Of a stretch of DNA of 64,000 nt, positions 45,484 to 54,990 are shown one piece after another; the first letter of the stretch is position 1; each line of letters begins with the position of its first letter. Source of the DNA: a virus; IMG/VR virus record IMGVR_UViG_3300036832_001149, positions 1 through 64,000 of that record; one strand, written 5' to 3'. The notes below the pieces were generated by a model. The model saw nothing but the letters and a program-made list of their open reading frames with translations. It was not told where the DNA came from and searched no databases. The position numbers and the translations under genes were made by a program.

Positions 45484-47232
45484 ATGACCATGACCAGCGC
45501 CGGTGGAGACATCCGAGGATATGGGCCCGGTTCGGGTCCGGGCACGACCAACGTGCCGAACAACGCCAGTGTGGGCCAGGAGGAGGTGCCCAACCGCACC
45601 AGCCCGTACCAGGAACTCGGCGTCACCGGCCTCAAGCGCTGGTCGGGCTATGTCGACGAGGAGTTCCTGCCCGCGCTGCGCGGGCGCAAGGCCATCCAGA
45701 TCTTCAAGGAGATGAGCGAGAACGACGCCATCGTCGGCTCGCTGCTGTTCTCCATCGACATGCTGATCCGCGCGGTCGACTGGCATGTGCAGCCCGCCTC
45801 GTCCTCCCAGCCCGACCAGATGGCGGCCCAGTTCGTCGAGTCGTGCATGAAGGACATGTCCCACACCTGGGACGAACTGGTCTCCGAGATCCTGTCCATG
45901 CTGGTCTACGGCTGGTCGTGGCACGAGGTGGTGTACAAGAAGCGCGCCGGTCCCAACCGCAACCAGGAACTGAACTCCAACTACGACGATGGCCTGATCG
46001 GCTGGCGCAAGATCCCCATCCGGGCCCAGGAGACCTGGCTGCAGTGGGTGTTCGACGACTCCGGCGAGACCACGGCCTTGGTCCAACTGGCCCCGCCGAC
46101 CTACCAGCGCACGGTCATCCCCCGGTCCAAGAGCCTGCTGTTCCGCTACAGCACGGCCAAGAACAACCCCGAGGGCCGCTCCATCCTGCGCAACTCCTAC
46201 CGGTCCTGGTACTTCAAGAAGCGGCTGGAGGAGTTCGAGGGCATCGGCATCGAGCGCGACCTGGCCGGTCTGCCGGTGGCCTACATCCCGGCCGACTACC
46301 TCAACGCCAAGCCGGACACCCCGCAGTACAAGATCGTCGATGCCTTCCGCCGCATGGTGCGCAGCGTGCGCCGCGACGAGCAGGAGGGGGTCATCATGCC
46401 GATGGCCTACGACGAGGACACCAAGCAGCCGCTGTACAAGTTCGAGTTGATGACCTCGGGCGGGGCCCGGCAGTTCGACACCAACACCATCATCAGCCGC
46501 TACGAGCAGCGCATCCTGATGACCGTGCTGGCCGACTTCATCATGGTCGGGCACCAGGACACCGGCAGCTACGCGCTGCACGTGGACAAGACCGGCATCT
46601 TCCGCTCGGCCCTGAACGCGGTGGTCAAGTCCGTCGCCGACGTGTTCAACCGCATCGAGATCCCGAGGCTGTTCGCCCTCAACGGCTGGTCGATCGAGTC
46701 GTTGCCGGTGCTCACCCCGACCGACGTGGACCCGCCCGACCTGGCCCAGTTGGGCGCGTTCGTCCAGCAGATGAGCGCGGCCGGGATGACCTTCTTCCCG
46801 GACGAGGACCTGGAGGCGTTCCTGCGCACCACGGCCAAGCTGCCCCCGGTCAGCCCCGAGGTGGCGGCCGAGCGCACGCAGCAGGCGAACCAGCAGCAGG
46901 CGATGGAACTGGCCCAGCAGCAGATGGAACTGGCCACCTCCCACCAGGGGCTGGAACAGGGCCAGCAGGGCATGGAACAGACCGACCAGTCGATGTCCCA
47001 CGCCGACCAGCAGCAGCAACTGGCCCAACAGCAGGCCGAGATGCAGGCCCAGACCGCCCAGTCGAACCTGGCCACCGGTTCCGAGCAGGCCCAGCAGCAG
47101 CGGGAGACGCACACGATGAACGTGGCCCGCTTCGTGCAGAGCTACAAGGACTCCGAGGCGGCCCGGCGCAACCCGAACGTGCAGGGCCCGGGTCAGGGCA
47201 AGACCACCGGCAAGTACACCGCGAAGAGATGA
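45484..47232 (+). CDS. Portal protein (DUF935/Mu gp29-like) with Gln-rich C-terminal extension
   Basis: ELGVTGL..WSG.V.EEFLP.LRG, NNPEGRSILRN.YR.W.FK, GIERDLAGLP, GSYAL; follows terL. Confidence 0.88.
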   Translation: MTMTSAGGDIRGYGPGSGPGTTNVPNNASVGQEEVPNRTSPYQELGVTGLKRWSGYVDEEFLPALRGRKAIQIFKEMSENDAIVGSLLFSIDMLIRAVDWHVQPASSSQPDQMAAQFVESCMKDMSHTWDELVSEILSMLVYGWSWHEVVYKKRAGPNRNQELNSNYDDGLIGWRKIPIRAQETWLQWVFDDSGETTALVQLAPPTYQRTVIPRSKSLLFRYSTAKNNPEGRSILRNSYRSWYFKKRLEEFEGIGIERDLAGLPVAYIPADYLNAKPDTPQYKIVDAFRRMVRSVRRDEQEGVIMPMAYDEDTKQPLYKFELMTSGGARQFDTNTIISRYEQRILMTVLADFIMVGHQDTGSYALHVDKTGIFRSALNAVVKSVADVFNRIEIPRLFALNGWSIESLPVLTPTDVDPPDLAQLGAFVQQMSAAGMTFFPDEDLEAFLRTTAKLPPVSPEVAAERTQQANQQQAMELAQQQMELATSHQGLEQGQQGMEQTDQSMSHADQQQQLAQQQAEMQAQTAQSNLATGSEQAQQQRETHTMNVARFVQSYKDSEAARRNPNVQGPGQGKTTGKYTAKR

Positions 47233-47239
47233 GGGCGGC

Positions 47240-50200
47240 ATGAGCACGATGGCCAAGCGCAAGCCGGTCCGGCTGGACCACCACCACTTCGGCGAGTCGC
47301 CGGACGACCCCACCTTCAACATCGACGCCGCCCGCCAGTCCCACGCCGATGTGATGCGGCGCTGGGACGACCCGGTCGAGGGGGACGACTTCAAGGCGCT
47401 GATGCTGCACACCATCCAGAACGCCACCGCCGTGCAGATCGAGAAGCACCGGGCCGACATCCAGGCGTTCCTGGACGCCTTCGGGGCCACCCAGAAGGAG
47501 ACGGTGGGCAAGGCCATCGTCAAGGCGTATGTGGCCAACTCGGTCAGCGCCGCCCGGGAGTTCGGCATCAAGGACGCCGGACAGCAGTTCGGCAAGGACT
47601 CCGCCTGGGATGAGAGCAAGTGGACGCGCAACCACGGCCAGTTCAGCAGTTACCGGGGCGGCCGGGTGGGTCAGAAGCTGTCCGACCGACGCTTCGAACC
47701 GGCCGCCACCGGGGCTGATCTCGGCTACGGCAGTCAGGGGCGCAGCTACGACGAGCACCTGCGCCAGCAGGCCCTGTTGGCCCAGGCCGCCCGCATCGGG
47801 GCGGCGGCCGGGAGCCGGGAACAGGAGGTGCTGTACCGGATCAAGGACAAGAAGGGCAACGTCCGCGACGTGGTCCCGGGCAAGGGCCAGGTGCCCAAGC
47901 TCAAGCGCGGCGAGCGGCTGCTCGGCCCCCGGGGCACCGGCATCAAGGGCGACGACCTGACGATGAACGACGTCGGCTTCAACCTGATCCAGGCGCTGGG
48001 CGTCCCGGCCGAGAAGGCCCGGCGGTCGGTCGATGCCGCCGGTCGCACGGTGGGTGCGGGCAGCGACTTCGCCACCGAGTGGAACAACCACGCCAACGCC
48101 AATTACGGCACCGAGAAGGGCGCGGCCTACCACAACATCAAGGCCGGGGCCGATGCGCTGCAGGCCATCGCGGGCGGCAACCCCAAGGCCCAGGTGGCCA
48201 TCACCGTCGGCAAGTGGGTCGGCACCCACGGCCCGGAGGCGGAGAAGGTGCTCGGCCCGCACGCCCGCAAGACGGCCTACAAGTACCGGGGGGTCGAGCG
48301 GGCCGCCCGGGACCTGCCGATCCGGCAGGGCGGCATGACCGACCGGGACTACCACGACCGGCTGGTGGCCAAGATCGCGGGCAACATCCCCTCGGCCGGG
48401 GTGCACGCGCTCAACCTGGCCTCGGGCCACACCGCGCCCAGCCACGGCTACCTGATCAACGACAAGGGCAAGGTCATCACCGAGGCGCACGGCTACGGGG
48501 ACGACCACTACCTGCCGTTCAAGCTCTCCGTGCTGAACCGGATGCGGGGCGGCTCCTACATCCGCACCCGCTCGACCGGGGGTCCCACCACCGAGGACAT
48601 CTACGCCACCGCGATCAGCGGGGGCACCGGGTTCACCGTGGCCAGCCGCCAGGGCACCTACGAGGTGGCCTTCGACTCCGACTTCACCCACCACAAGCGC
48701 TTCGGCGACATCGCGCTGGGGATGAGCAAGCGCTACGGCAAGATCCTGGACGCGGTGTCCAGCGGCAAGGTGGTGGCCAAGGGCGAGGTGACCGACAAGC
48801 AGTACCAGGACTGGGTCGTCAAGGGGATGGAGCAGTTCGAGCACGACCCCAACCAGTTCCAATTGGCCCACGACTACGCCAAGGGGCTGGCCGAGCAGCA
48901 GGAGAGCAAGCACGGCCGCCCGCTGTCCCTCGACGGCGAGGGCTACGAATACGCGCTGAAGGCGTTGCACAGCCAGTACCCGTACTACATCGCCAGCACG
49001 GCCTACACCCGGCCCAACGACCAGCGGTTCTGGGACATCAGCGGCGAGGACGGGCACATCGCCCGGATCGGCAGCAGCCACGAGCGGGACACCGGCTACG
49101 TCAAGGCCCGGCACATCAAGTCGGCCGACGCCCTGGTCGGTTACTACGACCCGAGCATCGCCGGGGAGTCCAAGGGCCCCACCGGCCAGCCCACCGGCTC
49201 GGGCAAGGTGAGCGGCGACCTGGCCCACTACGCCAACTGGCGGCACAACCCCTACAACGCCGACAGCCCGGCAGCCCGCAAGGCCCAGGGCGAGGCGGAC
49301 CGGCGGTCCCGGGAGCAGGCCGAGGCCCAGGCCCGACACGCGGCCGAGAACCGGGCCCAGCACGGTGCGACCGGCGGGGTCGGGTCCAACACCGTCCAGC
49401 AGGGCAGCCAACTGCGCAACACCGGCCAGGGGGCGGGCCGGGTCAGCCTGGCGACCGGGCTGGACGCCCGGGGCCAGCGGCTGATGGACATGGTCAAGGC
49501 GGTGCACACGTACCGCACCCAGCACGGCCAGGGGGTCGGGGCCGAGATCGTGCAGTGGCACGCCAACCCCGACGCCTTCGCCCAGGACTACGCGGCCAAC
49601 CCGAACAAGGTCGAGGCCCAGGTGATGGAGCGGTACAACCGGCTGCCGGGCAACCCCACCTCCATCTCGCTGCGCCAGCACCCGGACGAGGAGGTGGACA
49701 CGAGGATGAACCAGGCCGACGACGAGTGGGCGATGAATGAACTGCGCAGCCACCTGCAGACGCCCGAGTCCCAGGACATCCGGGAGGCGCTGGCCGAGAC
49801 GGGCGGGGTGATGTACCACGAGGACCCGGACACGCATGTCGACGCCGACCCGGCGGCGCGGTGGGACGCCTATCACTTCGTGCTGCCCCGACAGGACCTG
49901 TTGAACCGGGCGTTCGAGGACGTCGAGGACCCGGGCGAGAAGGCGGGGCTGATCCACCGGGCCAACGAGATGATGGACAAGGAGCTTGAACTGGACCAGA
50001 TCGAGCAGAACAACGAGGTTCCCTACGAGGACAAGTGGAACCCGGAGGATGCCGACTACGAGGCCGAAGGAGAACCGAAGGAGGCGCACATCCCGGGAAT
50101 CAGCCATGAGCAGGCGCGGGCGCTGCAGGTCTCGGCCGTGGGCAGTGCCCTGACCCAGGTCGCCGACGCCCACCGCCTGGAAAAGCCCACCGGGGCGGGC

Positions 50201-50575
50201 ATCGAGGACCTGGACGACCGGCTGCGGTGGGAGAAGCAGCGGGCGGCCCTGAACAACCACATCGCGGCCTGGGAGGAGAACCCGATGGACGAGGATGACT
50301 ACCGGGATGCCGTGTTCGGCCTGGGGACGTTGCTGAAGGACCCGACCACGGCCGACCTGGGTGGCTATGAGGTGGACCTGCCGGGCGGGCGGGCCACCCT
50401 GAGCCAACTGCACCGGGGCCTGGCCCTGACGGCCGAGCAGAAGCGCCACGGCCTGGGCAAGCGGTACACGGTCGTCAAGCGCACCCCTCGGTACCGCAGC
50501 ACGGGCTGGAGTGCCCGGCCAGCCGTGCTCAAGGTGCGGGTGAAGCGGACCGGGGTGAAGGAAAGGACACGGTGA
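47240..50575 (+). CDS. Large head-associated protein (1111 aa)
   Basis: Between portal and MuF; WDESKWTR..GQF motif; degenerate JAB-like segment; acidic C-terminus. Confidence 0.65.
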   Translation: MSTMAKRKPVRLDHHHFGESPDDPTFNIDAARQSHADVMRRWDDPVEGDDFKALMLHTIQNATAVQIEKHRADIQAFLDAFGATQKETVGKAIVKAYVANSVSAAREFGIKDAGQQFGKDSAWDESKWTRNHGQFSSYRGGRVGQKLSDRRFEPAATGADLGYGSQGRSYDEHLRQQALLAQAARIGAAAGSREQEVLYRIKDKKGNVRDVVPGKGQVPKLKRGERLLGPRGTGIKGDDLTMNDVGFNLIQALGVPAEKARRSVDAAGRTVGAGSDFATEWNNHANANYGTEKGAAYHNIKAGADALQAIAGGNPKAQVAITVGKWVGTHGPEAEKVLGPHARKTAYKYRGVERAARDLPIRQGGMTDRDYHDRLVAKIAGNIPSAGVHALNLASGHTAPSHGYLINDKGKVITEAHGYGDDHYLPFKLSVLNRMRGGSYIRTRSTGGPTTEDIYATAISGGTGFTVASRQGTYEVAFDSDFTHHKRFGDIALGMSKRYGKILDAVSSGKVVAKGEVTDKQYQDWVVKGMEQFEHDPNQFQLAHDYAKGLAEQQESKHGRPLSLDGEGYEYALKALHSQYPYYIASTAYTRPNDQRFWDISGEDGHIARIGSSHERDTGYVKARHIKSADALVGYYDPSIAGESKGPTGQPTGSGKVSGDLAHYANWRHNPYNADSPAARKAQGEADRRSREQAEAQARHAAENRAQHGATGGVGSNTVQQGSQLRNTGQGAGRVSLATGLDARGQRLMDMVKAVHTYRTQHGQGVGAEIVQWHANPDAFAQDYAANPNKVEAQVMERYNRLPGNPTSISLRQHPDEEVDTRMNQADDEWAMNELRSHLQTPESQDIREALAETGGVMYHEDPDTHVDADPAARWDAYHFVLPRQDLLNRAFEDVEDPGEKAGLIHRANEMMDKELELDQIEQNNEVPYEDKWNPEDADYEAEGEPKEAHIPGISHEQARALQVSAVGSALTQVADAHRLEKPTGAGIEDLDDRLRWEKQRAALNNHIAAWEENPMDEDDYRDAVFGLGTLLKDPTTADLGGYEVDLPGGRATLSQLHRGLALTAEQKRHGLGKRYTVVKRTPRYRSTGWSARPAVLKVRVKRTGVKERTR

Positions 50576-50589
50576 ACAAGGAAGGAAAA

Positions 50590-50627
50590 TGGCATAAAAA
50601 AAGAGCCGACCCACTATGGTCGACTCT
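50590..50627 (-). terminator. Minus-oriented terminator between plus-strand genes
   Basis: AGAGTCGACC/GGTCGGCTCT stem with G-U pair then TTTTTTATGCC. Confidence 0.6.
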
Positions 50628-50667
50628 GATGAAATCGGACATCCCCCTCCGTGGAAAGGAGTAGCTC

Positions 50668-52503
50668 ATGACCTCAGCGGTGTCGAGATCATCTTCTCTT
50701 GATCTGGATGAGGGCCTCGCGGGCTCGTCCCTCTTCCAGCCCTACGATCCGATGAATCTCTTCTCCCCTGATGTCCTGGCATCTCCTTCCACTACCCCCT
50801 CCGGGCAACGACCCTTTGTTTCCGGGCCTAGTTCAGTCGCTCGACACCACCACAACGAAGCGCTGATTGCATCAGCCCTTCTCCTTGGTGCTGTCTCGCT
50901 CCTTCACCACTCTAACAAACGAGATAAAGAAATATCACAGGTTTCTGTGATTCCTGGCATCCGGGGGTCACAAATTGGTAACAGTTCTGCACCACTGAGT
51001 TTCTACCTCAACTCGGCGGCGTGGTTACGCGGTGCGGTAATGGCCGATACCGCCACCCAGATGGCCTCGGTACTGCCCGGAATACTGCAGCCAGCCGCCC
51101 AGGCTGGCATCAAGTTGGGTATGGATGCTTTGTTCCGCCACACCCTTGGCGGTGGCCTTCCCGCTGCACAACGCAGAGAACTGGCCAACTCCACCAACCT
51201 GGTCTCCCGGACCTGGCTGCACCGCTATGCGGCCCAACTGGGGAAAGGAGTCGGAGAGGCATCCGCTGACGGGCTGTTGGTCTCGCTGTCCACGCTGCAG
51301 CGCAGTTCCCTGACCGAAGACCTGGCCTGGCGGGTACTGCATTCAGCGGCCGGACTACCACCGGGTCAGAGTGTCTCCGTGCTGCGGGTGGCCCAGAATC
51401 GGCTGAACACAGCGCTGAACACCCGTAAGCCCATCACTCCGCTAGATCTCGGTCAGGATGTCGGCCAACTGCTGCTGGCGCGCCGGGCGCGCCTGATCGC
51501 AGACAACGAGTCCGTCGTGGCCCGCAACTTCGGTACCCAGTTGCTGCTGATGAACGCGGTCAAGCAGGGCTACCTGCCCGCCGATGCCAAGAAGGTATGG
51601 GTCACCGCTGTGGATGAACGGGTCTGCCCGGTCTGCGCTCCGATGGACTCGGTGGCGGTGGGGATCGAGGAGTCCTTCACCGTCCGCCCGCATAGGGGAG
51701 TGCTGAGCCATGAGGTCCGGCTGTGGGTGCCACCGGCCCATCCGCTGTGCCGCTGCCGCATCGTCCCGGAACGGGCCATCGAACACGGCATCATCACCCG
51801 CACCGCGCGGTTCAGCCGCACGGATGGGAGGGCCCGGCTCACCAGCCGACTGGATGACCTGGTGGCCCGTCACACCACTCCGGGCTGGATGGACTCCGAG
51901 GTCGACAAGGGCTGGTCCCAGGCACTGCACCCGCGTTCCACCTCAGGCAAGTTCATCGTGGCCGGGGCTGTGGTCGGCGCGGTCGCCGCTCGTGAGCTTG
52001 CCGATCTGCGCCGTATCCAGTTGCAGACCAAGCAGGGCTACGCGGTGTCCTCCGGCTTCGTGCCGCGCAAGCGCTATCGCACCATTCGGGGCATCAGCGA
52101 CGCCCCGGCCGGAACGGTGATCACCCAGGCCAACCATCCCGAAGGCACCTACCTGGTGTCCTCCGCCGCGCTGCGCAACTACCGGTTCTCACCGGCCCGG
52201 CGGCCCGAGGGACACATGGAGCATCTGACCGAGGCGATGCGGCGACAGGGTTTCACCCAGCCGATCCAGATGCGGATCTACAGCGGCGATTCCCCGCGCG
52301 CCGCCGAGGTGTGGGACGGTCATCACCGCCTGTCGGTGGCTGACCAATTGGGCATCAAGGCGGTTCCGGCCACGGTGGTGCATGTCGATGAGCCGCCATT
52401 CCGGCCGACCAAGGTGTTGCACGTCTGGCGGATCACCCATCAACGTTGGCATGGGCGCACCCTGGCGCATGCAGCAGTGACCGGACAGACCAAGGAGGCT
52501 TGA
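50668..52503 (+). CDS. MuF-family head morphogenesis protein with C-terminal ParB/Srx-like domain
   Basis: KKVWVTAVDERVCPVC...PPAHPLCRC; LTEAMRRQGFTQPI...VWDGHHRL.VA..LGIKAVP. Confidence 0.85.
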   Translation: MTSAVSRSSSLDLDEGLAGSSLFQPYDPMNLFSPDVLASPSTTPSGQRPFVSGPSSVARHHHNEALIASALLLGAVSLLHHSNKRDKEISQVSVIPGIRGSQIGNSSAPLSFYLNSAAWLRGAVMADTATQMASVLPGILQPAAQAGIKLGMDALFRHTLGGGLPAAQRRELANSTNLVSRTWLHRYAAQLGKGVGEASADGLLVSLSTLQRSSLTEDLAWRVLHSAAGLPPGQSVSVLRVAQNRLNTALNTRKPITPLDLGQDVGQLLLARRARLIADNESVVARNFGTQLLLMNAVKQGYLPADAKKVWVTAVDERVCPVCAPMDSVAVGIEESFTVRPHRGVLSHEVRLWVPPAHPLCRCRIVPERAIEHGIITRTARFSRTDGRARLTSRLDDLVARHTTPGWMDSEVDKGWSQALHPRSTSGKFIVAGAVVGAVAARELADLRRIQLQTKQGYAVSSGFVPRKRYRTIRGISDAPAGTVITQANHPEGTYLVSSAALRNYRFSPARRPEGHMEHLTEAMRRQGFTQPIQMRIYSGDSPRAAEVWDGHHRLSVADQLGIKAVPATVVHVDEPPFRPTKVLHVWRITHQRWHGRTLAHAAVTGQTKEA

Positions 52504-52506
52504 TAC

Positions 52507-53907
52507 ATGGATGCCAGTGACGCGGTGGCCACCCTGCACCGGATCGATCCCGATTTCCGGGACATCTGCGCGGCGTTGTATCCCGGCCTGGAGCCGCGCG
52601 AGGTGGCCGATGCCGTCTACGGTGTTGCCACCAACGGCGGCGTAGCCAAGGGCGAACCGGACAGTGCTGACGTGCATGTGCCGACGACCAACTGGCGCAA
52701 CGGTCGTGGTCACACCAAGGGCCGGGGTCGACGCAAGATCGACACCGACGTGACCTCCACCCGGTTCGTAGCCAAGGCCGTCACCTCGACCATGCCCGGT
52801 CAGACCAACCACTCCGGCGCGGCCCGCAAGATCGGTCTGGCCACCACGGCGGTCGGCACCGGCATCAGCGCGGTGTCGCTGCCCAAGCACCTCAAGCACC
52901 TGCCCGCCGCGATGAAGAACGCCAAGACCGGCCCCAGTGTGGGCGAGGGCATCAAGAGTTCGGTCCGGGCGGTGCGACAGTTCTCCAAGCCCGAGGGCGA
53001 CTCGGCCCTCAAGGGCACGGCCGGGGCGGTGAAGGCCGGGCTGAACGTCGCCCGGGAGAACCCACGCATCAGTGCTGGGCTGCTGCTGGGGGCGACCGCC
53101 GTGCACACGGCCAACCTCGGTGGTGAGGCCATCGCCACCCACGTGCTGCACAGTGGCGGGACGAAGCCGCCCACGATCGACCAGCCCGACATCCACAAGT
53201 CGTGGGCCACGGCCCAGGCGATGTTGGTGCAGGCCAACCGAGCGGGCCTGATCACCAAGGCCGAGGCGCTGCGGCTGGGTCGGGCCGTCTACACCGACCT
53301 GGCCAAGACCGACGGCCACGAGATCATCTCCGGCAACCTGAAGCTGACCCAGTTGAAGGCCCCGCCGCCGGTGAAGGTCGACCAGCCCAAGCTGTCCCCG
53401 ACCCGCATCGGGCTGCCCAAGCCGGGCAAGTCCGGCGCGGGATCGTCCGGCAAGACCAGCAACAAGAGCGTGAAAAAGAGCGAGCCGTCCATCGAGATGT
53501 CCGGTGAGATCTCCAAGCTCAACGAGGACAAGCAGCAGTGCTTCGGCTGGTGCAGCGTGGTCAAGGTCGACGGCAAGGACGTCGTGGACAAGCAGAACGA
53601 CCTGATCGACATCGACGACCTGGAGACCTCGGCCTACGACTACATGCTCACCTCGCGCAAGGGCGGCGACATGCACCGGCGCGCCTCCGACGGCGGGGTG
53701 CACCACGTGGCCGACGTGATCGAGTCCTTCGTGCTGACCCCGGAGAAGATCTCCAAGATGGGCCTGCCTGACAATATGCAGCAGGGCTGGTGGATCGGCA
53801 TGCAGGTGCACGACGACGGGCTGTGGGACGACGTGAAATCGGGCCGCAAGCGGAGGTTCTCCGTGCACGGGACCGGGAAGAGATCCGAGGTGTTGGTCGA
53901 TGCGTGA
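52507..53907 (+). CDS. XkdF-like (S78-type) prohead serine protease with long N-terminal extension
   Basis: FGWCSV...D.QND.ID..DLE.SAYDYM...GGDMH...IESFV...GWWIG..V.D..LW..VKSG....FSVHG. Confidence 0.85.
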   Translation: MDASDAVATLHRIDPDFRDICAALYPGLEPREVADAVYGVATNGGVAKGEPDSADVHVPTTNWRNGRGHTKGRGRRKIDTDVTSTRFVAKAVTSTMPGQTNHSGAARKIGLATTAVGTGISAVSLPKHLKHLPAAMKNAKTGPSVGEGIKSSVRAVRQFSKPEGDSALKGTAGAVKAGLNVARENPRISAGLLLGATAVHTANLGGEAIATHVLHSGGTKPPTIDQPDIHKSWATAQAMLVQANRAGLITKAEALRLGRAVYTDLAKTDGHEIISGNLKLTQLKAPPPVKVDQPKLSPTRIGLPKPGKSGAGSSGKTSNKSVKKSEPSIEMSGEISKLNEDKQQCFGWCSVVKVDGKDVVDKQNDLIDIDDLETSAYDYMLTSRKGGDMHRRASDGGVHHVADVIESFVLTPEKISKMGLPDNMQQGWWIGMQVHDDGLWDDVKSGRKRRFSVHGTGKRSEVLVDA

Positions 53908-54265
53908 TGCGTTCGGGGTGGAACGACCCGACCTGGACGGAGTAGCCAAGGCGGCCTACAAGGACAGCAACCAGACGCTGTCCGGTCCCGGGAAGGCGGC
54001 CGTCACCGGTGGGGCCGGTCTCACGGGGGCGGGCGGTGGACTGCTGCACGGTGGATACAAGACGGTCCAGCGGACCAAGTGGGCCGGTCAGCCCCAGGCC
54101 CATCTGGCCAACGGGGTCAAGCTGATGCCCAATCCCAGCCACCCGGACGTGGCCGCACTGCGGTTGGGCCGCCAGGCGGTACGCGGCGGGGCGGCCACCA
54201 CCGCCCTCGGCGTGGGTCTGGGTGCGGCCGGGCTGGCCCGGGGCTGGCAGCGCAAGAACCGGTAG
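53900..54265 (+). CDS. Cationic glycine-zipper protein with DAFGV leader
   Basis: MRDAFGVERPDLDGVAK; GxxxG-rich hydrophobic segments; basic tail. Confidence 0.7.
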   Translation: MRDAFGVERPDLDGVAKAAYKDSNQTLSGPGKAAVTGGAGLTGAGGGLLHGGYKTVQRTKWAGQPQAHLANGVKLMPNPSHPDVAALRLGRQAVRGGAATTALGVGLGAAGLARGWQRKNR

Positions 54266-54274
54266 GAGGCGGAT

Positions 54275-54364
54275 ATGACCGAGATTCAGGGCTGGTTCCT
54301 CGTGGTCGAGGTCGGCATCATCGCGTTGGCGGTGCTGCTCGGGGACCGCTGGCCGCGCCGATGA
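54275..54364 (+). CDS. Tiny TM protein (29 aa)
   Basis: AGGAGG RBS; MTEIQGWFLVVEVGIIALAVLLGDRWPRR; ATGA overlap. Confidence 0.55.
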   Translation: MTEIQGWFLVVEVGIIALAVLLGDRWPRR

Positions 54365-54807
54365 CCGACGTCTATCCCACCACCGCGCTGCTGCGCTCGC
54401 GCCGGGAACAGCCGCCGCCGGTCACCACCTACGGTGGGCCGGTCGAGGTGACGACCTTCACCACCACCTCGGTCATCGCGCTGCCCCAGCCGGTCAACCT
54501 GTCCCTGTACGCCGGGGATGACTTCTACCTCGACCTGGTGCTGACCAGCGCCGTGGACGCCTCCGCGCTCGACCTGTCCGGGTGCAGTTGCCAGGCCCAG
54601 ATCCGGGCCACCGCCGCCGACAGCACGGTGCTGGCCGCGTTCGTGACCTCCATCCTGGGCAACGTCGTCACCCTGCACCTGTCGCACACCGTCTCGGCCA
54701 CCCTGGTCCCGGGTGTGTGGGATGCCCAGTTGATCGCGGCCAACGGCGATATCGTCACCCTGGTCGCCGGATCGGTGACCGTGGCCCCGGAGGTGACCCG
54801 CCCATGA
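54361..54807 (+). CDS. BppU-like adaptor protein, paralog of 58854..59201
   Basis: [13 protein letters not shown]...GNVVTLHL...GVWDAQL...TLVAG.VT...EVTR. Confidence 0.7.
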   Translation: MTDVYPTTALLRSRREQPPPVTTYGGPVEVTTFTTTSVIALPQPVNLSLYAGDDFYLDLVLTSAVDASALDLSGCSCQAQIRATAADSTVLAAFVTSILGNVVTLHLSHTVSATLVPGVWDAQLIAANGDIVTLVAGSVTVAPEVTRP

Positions 54808-54980
54808 CCGAGCCCGGCGTCGACCAGCAGCAGTTCACCACCGCCACGCCCCAGTCCGTGCCGGTCGCGGTGGTCATAAAGCCCTCCGGACCGCCGCCGG
54901 TGATCACCTTCCCGACCGGGTCCGAGCCGCCGCTGGCCGGGATCGCCAACGGCACCCTGCTGGTCGAGTACACCCCGTGA
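54804..54980 (+). CDS. Small virion-associated protein
   Basis: ATGA overlap; Pro-rich, ends GTLLVEYTP. Confidence 0.5.
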   Translation: MTEPGVDQQQFTTATPQSVPVAVVIKPSGPPPVITFPTGSEPPLAGIANGTLLVEYTP

Positions 54981-54990
54981 AGGAGATGCC

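Noticed and set aside
46850-50614. 1254-aa minus-strand ORF, and similar long ORFs at 54904..58842, 45205..47631, 61588..63780 and 9900..11732
   Set aside because: Antisense shadows of real genes in high-GC DNA; no recognisable motifs.
50620-50670. CTGATGA...GAAA resembling a hammerhead ribozyme core
   Set aside because: Stem II lacks the closing pair next to the core, stems I and III cannot be formed, and the GAAA is part of the MuF RBS.
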